DNA from: an uncultured Gemmatimonadaceae bacterium
Lineage (GTDB): Bacteria; Gemmatimonadota; Gemmatimonadetes; Gemmatimonadales; Gemmatimonadaceae
Assembly: GCA_963761305.1 (NCBI GenBank)
Contig: CAVXGK010000002.1
Span: 3,072,001-3,136,000 of the forward strand
Reading direction: 5' to 3'
DNA length: 64,000 nucleotides
Part shown: one piece after another, positions 47,606-56,281 of the stretch
How positions within the stretch are numbered: position 1 is the stretch's first letter
How the letters are laid out: each line of letters starts with the position of its first letter
Made by a program: the position numbers and the translations under genes
The notes under the pieces: generated by a model
What the model was told of the DNA's origin: nothing
The model's database searches: none
Seen by the model: only the letters and a program-made list of their open reading frames with translations

Positions 47606-49336
47606 ATGAACTTGGCGGCGGCCGCACCAGAGCAGACCGAATCCACCGTTTCGCAAACCGTGCCCGTGGTCGTTCTCGGGACGGATGCGTTGCTCGCCGC
47701 CGCGCCCTACACCGCCGTGCAACTCGCCCACGCGTGCTTGCAAGCGGGATACGCGAACGTCGTTCCCGCGAGTTGGGGCGATGAGTTGGTCGCCGCCGCG
47801 GTGATTCGACGATTGCCGACGTTCGGTCCCGGTCCGGCGATTCAGTGCAGTTGTCCGATCGTCGCTCATCGTTTGCTCACGACGGGCGGCGATTTGCGGC
47901 CGGTGATGTTGCCGCTCGTATCGCCGCCGGTGGCGCTCGCACGATATCTTCGCGCGGTGTCGCACCCCGCGCGCATGCGCATCACCTACGTCGGTGGTTG
48001 CCCCGGCGCGGTCGACGACTCGATCGACATCCGCATGTCGCCGGGAACACTGATCGGAATGCTCGCCGAACGACAGATCGTCCTCGATGACCAGCCACGC
48101 GTTTTCGAGTCGATCATTCCGCCTGACCGGCGCCGCTATTTCTCACAGCCCGGCGGCGTCCCGTCCGCGGAGCGACTGTGGACCGACCTCGGCGCGCGCG
48201 CGCTCGTCGACGTCGAGTCGGACGATTTCGTGAGCGAGATCGCCGACCATCTTCTCGCCGGCGAGCACGTGTTGATGGACGTCGCACCGCGACTCGGCTG
48301 CGTGTGCAGCGGCGCGATCGCCGGCACTCCGGCGCGCGAAGCGCGCGCGAGCGTTGTCGCGCTCGAGCCGCCGCGCTCCAGCGCGCCGGTGGTCGAAGAG
48401 CAGACACCGCTCAATCTGGATCTGCCGATTCCCGCCGTTCCGCGCACGCCGGTGGACGTCGTGCTTGGGTCGTCGCGCACGCCGTCGTCTCCGCTCGGAC
48501 TGCCGAACCCGCCAGGGGCGCATCGCAATACGCCGACCGTCACCGAACCACGCATTTCACGAACGCCGCCTCCGCCGCCGGCTCGGCCGATTACCGGCGG
48601 CGTGGTTCCCACGGCGAGGCACGCCGACGGGAAGTCACTCCCGCGGGCGTATGTGGCGCGTCGCCGTCACTCGGCACCAAAAGGAAATCCGTCAGTTCCT
48701 CCGCCCGCGTCGAACGAACAGGCGCCCGGCGCGTCGATCGCGCCCGAGACGGCGGATGTCGCGCTCGCAGCGTCGATCGAGATGCCGCCGCCGGCCGCGA
48801 CGGAGACGAGCGTGGCGGAGCCGCAAGTCGAAGCGACGAACGTTTCGACGGTCGAGGTGCCGAGCACCAAAGCACCGAGCGCGGAAGCGCCGAGCGTCGA
48901 AGGGCCGACAACCGAAGCGAGAATCGTCGGACCGTCACCCGACGAAACGTCTTCGGTCGTCGCCGTCACGGATGCCGACAGTGAGAAACTGATCGCGGCA
49001 ACGGACGAACCGGAGTCTTCGGCGGCCGCTGACGCCTATACGGATCTGAATCAGTTGAACTTCGAAGGACTGGTGCCGCCGCCGGAGCGGCTCCCGATTT
49101 TTACGCCGACGCCTCCTTCCACAATCGCGGTGTCGACGAGGCCATCAGACCCAACGCCATCAAACCCAACGCCGTCAAACCCGACACCAACGACCGTTGC
49201 GGCACCGCGCGTACAATCGCGTATCGCGATGTACGTCATCGCCGTCGCCATTGTGATCCTGGTCGTCGCCGGCGTTGCGTACGTGATGGGGCGGTCGGCG
49301 CAGACACCGAACGCGCCGACCGAGCAGCTCCCCTGA
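47606..49336 (+). CDS. Tail-anchored protein: N-terminal degenerate [FeFe]-hydrogenase H-domain / Nar1-like domain, Pro/Ser/Thr-rich linker, C-terminal TM helix
   Basis: QLAHACLQAGY..V.PASWGDELV, IQCSCPIV, LVSPPVALAR, ITYVGGCPG, YFSQPGG and MDVAPRLGCVC appear in H-domain order. TM IAMYVIAVAIVILVVAGVAYVM. Confidence 0.65.
   Translation: MNLAAAAPEQTESTVSQTVPVVVLGTDALLAAAPYTAVQLAHACLQAGYANVVPASWGDELVAAAVIRRLPTFGPGPAIQCSCPIVAHRLLTTGGDLRPVMLPLVSPPVALARYLRAVSHPARMRITYVGGCPGAVDDSIDIRMSPGTLIGMLAERQIVLDDQPRVFESIIPPDRRRYFSQPGGVPSAERLWTDLGARALVDVESDDFVSEIADHLLAGEHVLMDVAPRLGCVCSGAIAGTPAREARASVVALEPPRSSAPVVEEQTPLNLDLPIPAVPRTPVDVVLGSSRTPSSPLGLPNPPGAHRNTPTVTEPRISRTPPPPPARPITGGVVPTARHADGKSLPRAYVARRRHSAPKGNPSVPPPASNEQAPGASIAPETADVALAASIEMPPPAATETSVAEPQVEATNVSTVEVPSTKAPSAEAPSVEGPTTEARIVGPSPDETSSVVAVTDADSEKLIAATDEPESSAAADAYTDLNQLNFEGLVPPPERLPIFTPTPPSTIAVSTRPSDPTPSNPTPSNPTPTTVAAPRVQSRIAMYVIAVAIVILVVAGVAYVMGRSAQTPNAPTEQLP
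49142..49186 (+). repeat. Three degenerate 15-bp tandem repeats (PS[D/N]PT) in the linker
   Basis: ccatcagacccaacg / ccatcaaacccaacg / ccgtcaaacccgaca. Confidence 0.8.
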
Positions 49337-49351
49337 GTCGCTAGGCTCGCC

Positions 49352-51451
49352 TCACGGCGATCGCGGCCGAAGCGACTCTCTCGCGTCGGCGACGGCCTGC
49401 GCCGCGCGCTCGAACCGCGCGGCGAGATCGTCCACTTCAGATTTCGTCAATCGTTCGTCGTTTGTGCGGATCGCTTCGTTCACCGATGGAAGCGGCATGT
49501 TGGCGTAGCCGTTGTTTTCGTCGGCCACGTAAACCAGGCTTCGGAACCAAGGCCGAGTGCGAAGACCCTCCGGCCGCGTGAGCGCTCGTTCCACGCGCAT
49601 GAGCGCCTGGTTCGTGCGCTCGAGCATCGCATTCGACGGCGTCGTCGCGAGCACGGAGTCGCGCACGAGCGCGAACGACGACCCTTCCCGCTCGAGGTGA
49701 TCGATCGCTCCCCGCAGCGCCGTCGTCGGCACGCTCCAGCGGTGATCGGCCACGGCTTTGTCGATCGGCGCGAGATAGCGACGCATCGTCCGCGCGAATT
49801 CCACATAGTCGTACGGCAAGACGTCGGCGTTCGCCACGCGCAGCACCATCGCCGCGGCAACCCGGCCGGCCGCGGCGTGATACAGAAAACCGGGATCACC
49901 GAACTTCGTCATCCACGTGTAGTCATCGTACTGTGAGTGATAGACGCCACCCTGGCCGCCGAAGCCCCACTCGGCGATCGGAATTCCAAGGTGATTGGCG
50001 AAGCCCGCGAAGTCCGATCCACCGCCCGGATCACCCATCGCAGGCTCTGCCGTGTCGGGAACAGCCGACGCTCGCCGCCATTCCGCGTACACGCTTCCCT
50101 TCCCGTTCGGGTCCGGCACGCTGCGCGCGACGTCGCGCAGCATCGGACGGAGCGACGGCGATCCGCCGCCGCTGAAGCGCGGCCCTTGCGCGGCTACATC
50201 CTGATTGAAGTACGCGACGGCCTCGCGCGATAGACGAAGCGAATCATCTTCCACGAACTCCGTCGAGCCAAGCAGTCCCCATTCCTCGGCGTCCCATGTC
50301 GCAAAGACGATCGTGCGTTTCGGACGGGCGCCGGCTTTCACTTCTTCCGCCACGGCGCGCGCTGCCTCGAGCACGCTCACGGTGCCGCTCACGTTGTCCG
50401 CCGTTCCAGGACCCCAGCCGTCGCGATGGCCGCCGATGATCACGAGCTCGTTCGGAAACTCGCTGCCACGAATCACTCCGAACGTGTCGAAGATCGGCTT
50501 GAGAGGTTTGGTCGCTCGGTCGTCGCTCACCTGAACGCGCGCGCGCACCGGCCCGGGACCAACGTGATAGTGGAACGACAGTCCGCCTTGCCACCCGCGG
50601 GGAACGCCCGGCCCTTTCACGTACTTTAACAATTCTCCCGCGTTACCGTAGCTGATCGGAACGACAGGAATGTGAGAGATCTCCATCCGATCCGGCGTGA
50701 GGCGCGGAACGCCCGGCGTGCTTCCGTATCCGGGCGTCGACGGATCGCCGTCGGGATTCAGAATGCTGCCGCGCTGGACGCCGTTGCTGTTGCGCATCGG
50801 GCCGTCGGGATACACGTCGCCGACGACGAAGCCGTCGTCTTGCGGATCGCTGTAGATGAGCAGCGCCACCGCGCCGTGCTTTTCGGCTTCTCGCGCCTTG
50901 ATGCCGCGATACGACCGTCCGTAGCGCGCGATGGCGATCTTTCCTTTCACGGAAACGCCCATCGAATCGAGTTGCGCGTAGTCCTCGATGAGACCGTAGT
51001 TCACGTAGACGACGTCCGCGGTCGCGTCGCCCTGCCCGCTGTATCCGTTCACCGTGGGATACTGCGGCAGCGCCGACGTGGGATCGCCTTTCACGGGCGG
51101 CTCGGCCAGCGCGAATTGCTTCGCGTCGGGAGACACGCGCGCGACGTGGACAGACGTCGGGTGCGGCATCCACACGTCGTACGCTCGCACCTCCGTCTCG
51201 ATCCCCCACGACTTCATCTGCGCGATGACATAGTCGCGAGTGCGCGCCTGCGCCGGCGTTCCGGCAACGTGCGTTTCACGCGAGAGCTCCTTCGAGTTCG
51301 CGGCCGCGGTGGTCGGTGAGGGGCGTTTGATCGCATCGGCCTCGAGATCGCGCTCACGAGCCGCACCCGCGGCCGTGTACCCGACGAGCGGTTGCTGTGC
51401 GGTCAGTGTCGCCGCGGAACACAGGGTCAAGAACGCGATGGAGATTTTCAC
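49352..51451 (-). CDS. M28B glutamate carboxypeptidase II-like peptidase (PA and transferrin-receptor dimerisation domains), secreted
   Basis: VYVNYG..EDY, RYG..YRG.K, VQRGS, GGHRDGW, DNVSG, WDAEEWGL.GSTE, GSDF, YHSQYD. Confidence 0.9.
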   Translation of the reverse strand: MKISIAFLTLCSAATLTAQQPLVGYTAAGAARERDLEADAIKRPSPTTAAANSKELSRETHVAGTPAQARTRDYVIAQMKSWGIETEVRAYDVWMPHPTSVHVARVSPDAKQFALAEPPVKGDPTSALPQYPTVNGYSGQGDATADVVYVNYGLIEDYAQLDSMGVSVKGKIAIARYGRSYRGIKAREAEKHGAVALLIYSDPQDDGFVVGDVYPDGPMRNSNGVQRGSILNPDGDPSTPGYGSTPGVPRLTPDRMEISHIPVVPISYGNAGELLKYVKGPGVPRGWQGGLSFHYHVGPGPVRARVQVSDDRATKPLKPIFDTFGVIRGSEFPNELVIIGGHRDGWGPGTADNVSGTVSVLEAARAVAEEVKAGARPKRTIVFATWDAEEWGLLGSTEFVEDDSLRLSREAVAYFNQDVAAQGPRFSGGGSPSLRPMLRDVARSVPDPNGKGSVYAEWRRASAVPDTAEPAMGDPGGGSDFAGFANHLGIPIAEWGFGGQGGVYHSQYDDYTWMTKFGDPGFLYHAAAGRVAAAMVLRVANADVLPYDYVEFARTMRRYLAPIDKAVADHRWSVPTTALRGAIDHLEREGSSFALVRDSVLATTPSNAMLERTNQALMRVERALTRPEGLRTRPWFRSLVYVADENNGYANMPLPSVNEAIRTNDERLTKSEVDDLAARFERAAQAVADARESLRPRSP

Positions 51452-51516
51452 GTGAGCGATTGTCAGGGGTGGACAGGCGCCTCGCGCGCCGGAAAGATTC
51501 TACGGACTCTACGATC

Positions 51517-52134
51517 TCACTCGTACTGCTCGAGCGCTACCCGAACCGCGCGCCGAAGCCGTTCGTCGCGGCCGGGGGCGTCGCCGACGCTCGCCGCGAT
51601 CGCGCCAAACTGCCGTAGCATCTCGCCTTGCACGAAGGCCTCGGTGTCCTTTACGCCGAGGGCCTCGAGTGCACGAATGGCGAGGTGTCGGAGCGACGTG
51701 CGGGTATCCGGATCGAGCGACTCGAGCGATGGCGGTGTCGGTCGTATCGGAGCCACGACGCCCCGACCGCGGTTTCGCTTCGGCGACTCCCACAGCGACG
51801 ACACCGGCGCCATCTCGACGACGAACGAGCCGGGACTGTGCTCGCGGTGCGTGACGACTACCCCGCGCCGGCGAAGCGCATACAGCAAGCGCTCCACCGC
51901 GGCGCGGACCGGTGAAACGCCGTCCTCACTCTGATTGCCGCGGCCCGTGATGATGAGCACCTCGCCGGCCCGGTCAACCTGCTGTTGCCGCAGCCAGGCC
52001 TCGGCGCGCGACGTCGCCTCGCCGACCGACGGCAACAACTCGCGAAGGTTGAGCGTGCGCCGTTCGCCGAATCGCGCTTCGTCGAACGCGCGATGCAGAT
52101 TCGACAACCCCAAGCGCCGGGGTGAGCCCTTCAT
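51517..52134 (-). CDS. Stand-alone Smr-domain protein with C-terminal helical extension
   Basis: TLNLRE...EA..RAEAWL, VLIITGRGNQS, GSFVV. Confidence 0.72.
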   Translation of the reverse strand: MKGSPRRLGLSNLHRAFDEARFGERRTLNLRELLPSVGEATSRAEAWLRQQQVDRAGEVLIITGRGNQSEDGVSPVRAAVERLLYALRRRGVVVTHREHSPGSFVVEMAPVSSLWESPKRNRGRGVVAPIRPTPPSLESLDPDTRTSLRHLAIRALEALGVKDTEAFVQGEMLRQFGAIAASVGDAPGRDERLRRAVRVALEQYE

Positions 52135-52169
52135 GATGAAACAAATGTACCGGCGGGTCGCCGCGGTGT

Positions 52170-52748
52170 TTAGGCCACCTGGCGACGGATACGCTCGCGC
52201 GGCGCGATCGCGATGCCCGGTCCCGGCTGCGCGAGACCGCCCTCGCGCCGGCCCTGGCCTCCGGCCAGCGCATCGACCTGCAGGTTTTTCGCGAAACAGT
52301 GCTCGTCGCAGGCGAAACGCCGCGCGCAGGCCAGACAATCCCGGCCAATCTTTTCCGGATAGCGGGCGCGATCGACGCGTTGGTAGCCGATGGCCGAGAA
52401 AAACGCCGGCTGGAGCGTGAGCGCGAAAACGTCGTACGTGCCCCGCTTGATCGCCAACTCCTCAACCGCGGCGACGATCGCGCGGCCGACGCCCCGCCCG
52501 TGCGCGTCGCGCGACACGGCGATCGCCGCGATCTCGGCGACCGACGGCGAATACTCCTTGAGCGCGCCGCATGCGACCACACGGTCCCACGCGTCGACGC
52601 CGACGACGTAGTCGTCGATGGTCAATTCGACCATCTCCGGGGTGCGCCGGAGCATGAGCGCGTCAGCGGCGAACGCGCCGATCAACCGGACGATCGGTTC
52701 GACGTCCTCGAGGCGCGCGCGCCGCACGACCACTCCGAGCGGTTTCAC
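52170..52748 (-). CDS. argA: Short GNAT-type N-acetylglutamate synthase
   Basis: MLRR, EIAAIAV...GRGVGR, VFALTL..FF...GY, PEKI..DC..C.....CDE. GTGA overlap with argD, last gene of the arg operon. Confidence 0.75.
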   Translation of the reverse strand: MKPLGVVVRRARLEDVEPIVRLIGAFAADALMLRRTPEMVELTIDDYVVGVDAWDRVVACGALKEYSPSVAEIAAIAVSRDAHGRGVGRAIVAAVEELAIKRGTYDVFALTLQPAFFSAIGYQRVDRARYPEKIGRDCLACARRFACDEHCFAKNLQVDALAGGQGRREGGLAQPGPGIAIAPRERIRRQVA

Positions 52749-53917
52749 AAGACCTCTTCGAGAATACGCAGGCCGTCGGCGAGGTCGTCGCGCGTCGCGA
52801 CGAGCGGCGGCAGGAGGCGCACGGTGTACTCGCCTGCCGTGCACGCGAGCAATCCGGCCTCGAACGCCTCGTTCACGACGTGCGCCGCGGAGCCCATTAC
52901 GTCCAGGCCCCACATGTAGCCGAGGCCGCGCACCGCACGAATTCGCCCGCTGCGTTGGGCAAGGTCGTTGAGCTGCTTGCCGAACCACGCGCCGGTCTGC
53001 GAGACGTGCTTGAGCATCGCCGGGTCGGACAGACGATCGAGCACGTGGTTGGCGACGCTCGCCACGAACGGTCCGCCGCCGAACGTGGTGCCGTGATCGC
53101 CGGGCTGAATCGTCGCCGCAACGTCGTCGGTCATCAGCACGACGCCCATCGGTAATCCGCCGGCGATCGGTTTGGCCAATGTGAGAAGATCCGGCTCGAC
53201 GCCGAACTGCTCGTAGGCGAACAGCGTCCCCGTGCGAGCAAGGCCGCACTGAATCTCGTCGAAGATGAGCAGGACATCGCGCTCGCGAGTGAGCGCGCGC
53301 ACCTCGCGCACGAACCCGGCATCGAGCACTCGCACGCCGCCCTCGCCCTGAATCGGCTCGAGGATCACCGCCGCCGTCGTCTCTGAATCGATCGCAACAC
53401 GAAGGTCCTCGATGTCGCGCTCGACGATCGAGATGCCGGGCGCGAGCGGTCGGAACGGAAGCCGGTAGCTCGGCCGGTCGGTGGCCGCGAGCGTGCCGAA
53501 CAGCCGTCCATGAAATGCGCCTCGCAGCGCGAGGATCTCGTGTTTCGCCTCTCCCCTGCTCCGCGCCCAGCGTCGCGCGAACTTGAACGCGCCTTCGTTC
53601 GCTTCCGCGCCCGAGTTGCAGAGAAACGCCTTGCCCGCGAACGACTTCTCGACCAACGCGGCCGCCAAGCGTTCGCCGGGCGCGGTCGAATAGAGGTTCG
53701 AGACGTGAATGAGTCCGTCGGCCGCCTCGAGCATCGCTTGGCGGAGCGCCGGGTCGCCGTACCCGAGGGCGTTGACGGCGATCCCGCTCACGAAGTCCAG
53801 GTATCGCTTTCCGTCGGCGTCGATCAGGTACACGCCTTGGCCATCCACGAACAGAGCAGGCGCACGCTTGTAGTTCGCCAACAGCGCGCTGGTCGTCGGT
53901 TCCATCGAAATCGTCAT
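52745..53917 (-). CDS. argD: Acetylornithine aminotransferase
   Basis: YLDFVSGIAVNALG, NSGAEANE, FHGR, EPIQGEGG, FDEIQCG, LAKPIAGG, HGTTFGG. Confidence 0.92.
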   Translation of the reverse strand: MTISMEPTTSALLANYKRAPALFVDGQGVYLIDADGKRYLDFVSGIAVNALGYGDPALRQAMLEAADGLIHVSNLYSTAPGERLAAALVEKSFAGKAFLCNSGAEANEGAFKFARRWARSRGEAKHEILALRGAFHGRLFGTLAATDRPSYRLPFRPLAPGISIVERDIEDLRVAIDSETTAAVILEPIQGEGGVRVLDAGFVREVRALTRERDVLLIFDEIQCGLARTGTLFAYEQFGVEPDLLTLAKPIAGGLPMGVVLMTDDVAATIQPGDHGTTFGGGPFVASVANHVLDRLSDPAMLKHVSQTGAWFGKQLNDLAQRSGRIRAVRGLGYMWGLDVMGSAAHVVNEAFEAGLLACTAGEYTVRLLPPLVATRDDLADGLRILEEVL

Positions 53918-54678
53918 GAGAGCTCTCCACATCGGCGCAACACGGTTCCACGGTCCGGATCGTCGATTGCGACGAGATCGGAAATCCGCACTTGAGGGAC
54001 GCCGCCGGCGAGCGCATTGAGCGCCGCCTGCAGCTTGGCTTGCATGCCGCCGGCCGCGACGCCGTCGGCGATCAACGCCCGGGCCATGTCCGGCGTCAGC
54101 GATGTAATCACCGCACCATCGCGCATCACACCCGGCACGTCGGCGACGAGCAACAACTCCGCGGCCCCGAGCGCGGCGGCGATCGCCGCGGCGGCATCGT
54201 CGCCGTTCACGTTGAGCGCTGCGCCGAGCGTTCCGCTCGCATCGCGGCTCACCGGCGAGATGACCGGCATGTAGCCGCCGGATAAGAGATGCTTCAGGAA
54301 CGCCACGTTCACCGTTCGGGGAACACCGACGTGTCCGAGGCGCTGCGCGTCCATCGGCGAGGCGGCGATGAGACCCGCGTCTTCGCCGGAGAGGCCGACC
54401 GCTTCGATGCCGCATTCAACGAGCGTCGCGACGAGCCGCTTGTTGGCGCTGCCCGACAGCGCCATGCGGACGAGGTCGATGTCCTTCGCGGTCGTCACCC
54501 GACGCCCCTCGACGAACGTCGACGTGGATCCGAGCGCGGCCTGCAACGCCGACACTTCGTCACCGCCGCCGTGCACCAGTACCACGTTTCCCGCGTCGCG
54601 CGTCCAGCACGACGCAACGATCCCCGCGAGCCGCGGGTCCGATTGCGGCCGTCCTCCGACCTTCACGACGCGCGTCAC
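53914..54678 (-). CDS. argB: Acetylglutamate kinase
   Basis: VVKVGG, VHGGG, GRRVT, NVNGD, DVPGV, GGMQAK. Confidence 0.92.
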   Translation of the reverse strand: MTRVVKVGGRPQSDPRLAGIVASCWTRDAGNVVLVHGGGDEVSALQAALGSTSTFVEGRRVTTAKDIDLVRMALSGSANKRLVATLVECGIEAVGLSGEDAGLIAASPMDAQRLGHVGVPRTVNVAFLKHLLSGGYMPVISPVSRDASGTLGAALNVNGDDAAAAIAAALGAAELLLVADVPGVMRDGAVITSLTPDMARALIADGVAAGGMQAKLQAALNALAGGVPQVRISDLVAIDDPDRGTVLRRCGELS

Positions 54679-55634
54679 GCGACGAGCCCCGCGGTTTCGG
54701 CCAGGCCGAGCATGAGGTTCGCGTTCTGAACCGCCTGCCCCGCCGCGCCTTTCACGAGATTGTCGATCGCCGACGTGACGAGCAGCATCGGCGATCGCGT
54801 GTTCGCGACGTGCGTCGCCGAGATCCGAACGACGTTCCGGTGGAGGACATCGCGCAGGGACGGCGACGTCGCGGCGATCTCGATGAACGGCTCGCCCGCG
54901 TAGGCGCTCTTCCATGGCGAAAGCGGATCGTCCAAGCGCCGCGTGAGCGGCACGGTGATCGTCGAGAGAATGCCACGGGCCACCGGAAGCAGATGCGGCG
55001 TGAAGACGAGCTCCGCGTCGGTGTTCCACGACTCGAGCGTGGCGCGCATCTCCTTCGTATGACGGTGCTCGTTGCCAATGCCGTACGCGCGATAGTCCTC
55101 GGCAATCTCGGCGAACAGCAGCTCGCGCTTCGCCGAATTCCCTGCCCCGGTCACGCCGCTCGCCGAATTCGCGATGACCGTCGCGCCGCGGGCGACGAGG
55201 CCTTGCGCGAACAGCGGCGCGAGCGCGATCAGGATCGACGTCGGATAGCAACCGGGATTCGCGACCAACTCGGCGTTCTTGACGAGCGGGCGATTCAGCT
55301 CCGTGAGACCATAGGCGATTCCCTCGCACCCGTTGCCAGGACGCAGGTCCGCCGATAGATCAACCACACGCGCGCCGGCGCTTCGGGCGCGCTCCACCAT
55401 TTCCTTCGAGGCGCCGTGCGGGAGCGCGCTGAACACGAGCTCAGTGTCGGTCAGCGGCGCGTCGTCGTTGCTGCAGTACGTGATCTCTCGGCCGCGCACG
55501 CGCACACTCGAACCGCGCTGCTCGTTCGCGGTCGCGAACGTCAGTGCCAGGTCTGGGTGACGTTCAATGAGTGCGCAGAGCTCGCGCCCCGCGTAACCGC
55601 TGGCGCCGAGGACGCCGACTGGAATCTTGTGCAC
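54675..55634 (-). CDS. argC: N-acetyl-gamma-glutamyl-phosphate reductase
   Basis: GASGYAG, ALPHG, DLSADLR, YGLTE, ANPGCYPT, SGVTGAG, DNLVKGAAGQAVQN. GTG start at 55634. Confidence 0.93.
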   Translation of the reverse strand: MHKIPVGVLGASGYAGRELCALIERHPDLALTFATANEQRGSSVRVRGREITYCSNDDAPLTDTELVFSALPHGASKEMVERARSAGARVVDLSADLRPGNGCEGIAYGLTELNRPLVKNAELVANPGCYPTSILIALAPLFAQGLVARGATVIANSASGVTGAGNSAKRELLFAEIAEDYRAYGIGNEHRHTKEMRATLESWNTDAELVFTPHLLPVARGILSTITVPLTRRLDDPLSPWKSAYAGEPFIEIAATSPSLRDVLHRNVVRISATHVANTRSPMLLVTSAIDNLVKGAAGQAVQNANLMLGLAETAGLVA

Positions 55635-55638
55635 GCAG

Positions 55639-55656
55639 AATGCATAATAATGCAAA
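55639..55656. promoter_or_regulatory. ARG box (ArgR operator) between argC and argR
   Basis: AA-TGCAT-AATA-ATGCA-AA matches the 18-bp WNTGNATWWWWATNCANW consensus. Confidence 0.85.
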
Positions 55657-55729
55657 TGCAACCCGTCAACTCGTTGGCCAAATGTCGGGAAGGGAGGGGC
55701 TCGCGACCCTCGATCCAGCGCATCGCGGT

Positions 55730-56188
55730 ATGACGAAGAAACGCGAACGCCACGGATCCGTGGTCCGGCTGATCGGCAGCCATCGGATCGCAAGCCAGGA
55801 GGAGCTCAGGCGCCTTCTGGTCGCCGAAGGCTGGGACGTCACACAGGCGACACTATCGCGAGACCTGCGAGATCTGGGTGTCGTCCGGGCTCCCGGCGAC
55901 GACGGTGCTCGCTACATGCTCCCCGAGATGGTCTCGGATGAAGCTAAACCCTCTCTGGATGGTCTCTTACCGCAGCTCTTCTCGAGGATCGATGGAGTGG
56001 GGGAGTTGATCGTCCTTCACACACTCCCGAGCGGCGCCCAGCCGATCGCCGAGGCTGTCGATGCGCAGGGCTGGCCCGAGATCATCGGAACGCTCGCCGG
56101 CGAAAACACGATCCTCATCGTTTGCCGGTCCGCTGCCGCCCGGACGATCCTCACCCAGCGCCTCGTCGCCTTGGCCGGCAGGAAATAG
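55730..56188 (+). CDS. argR: Arginine repressor
   Basis: SQEEL, VTQATLSRDL, GTLAGENTILI. Confidence 0.93.
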   Translation: MTKKRERHGSVVRLIGSHRIASQEELRRLLVAEGWDVTQATLSRDLRDLGVVRAPGDDGARYMLPEMVSDEAKPSLDGLLPQLFSRIDGVGELIVLHTLPSGAQPIAEAVDAQGWPEIIGTLAGENTILIVCRSAAARTILTQRLVALAGRK

Positions 56189-56209
56189 CGCGCAACGCGG
56201 TTCCGCCCA

Positions 56210-56265
56210 TTGACGGTCGGGACACCAATGAATTAATATGCTGTCTGACTGCATAACATCGCACA
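56210..56265 (+). promoter_or_regulatory. argG promoter overlapped by tandem ARG boxes
   Basis: TTGACG-18bp-TAATAT. Boxes AATGAATTAATATGCTGT (56227-56244) and ACTGCATAACATCGCACA (56248-56265) are separated by 3 bp. Confidence 0.8.
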
Positions 56266-56281
56266 GACAGGAGCGGCGTCA

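Noticed and set aside
47606..48330. Calling the gene a functional [FeFe]-hydrogenase
   Set aside because: The P2 Lys and the first P3 Cys are missing, and there are no accessory Fe-S domains or maturases in the window.
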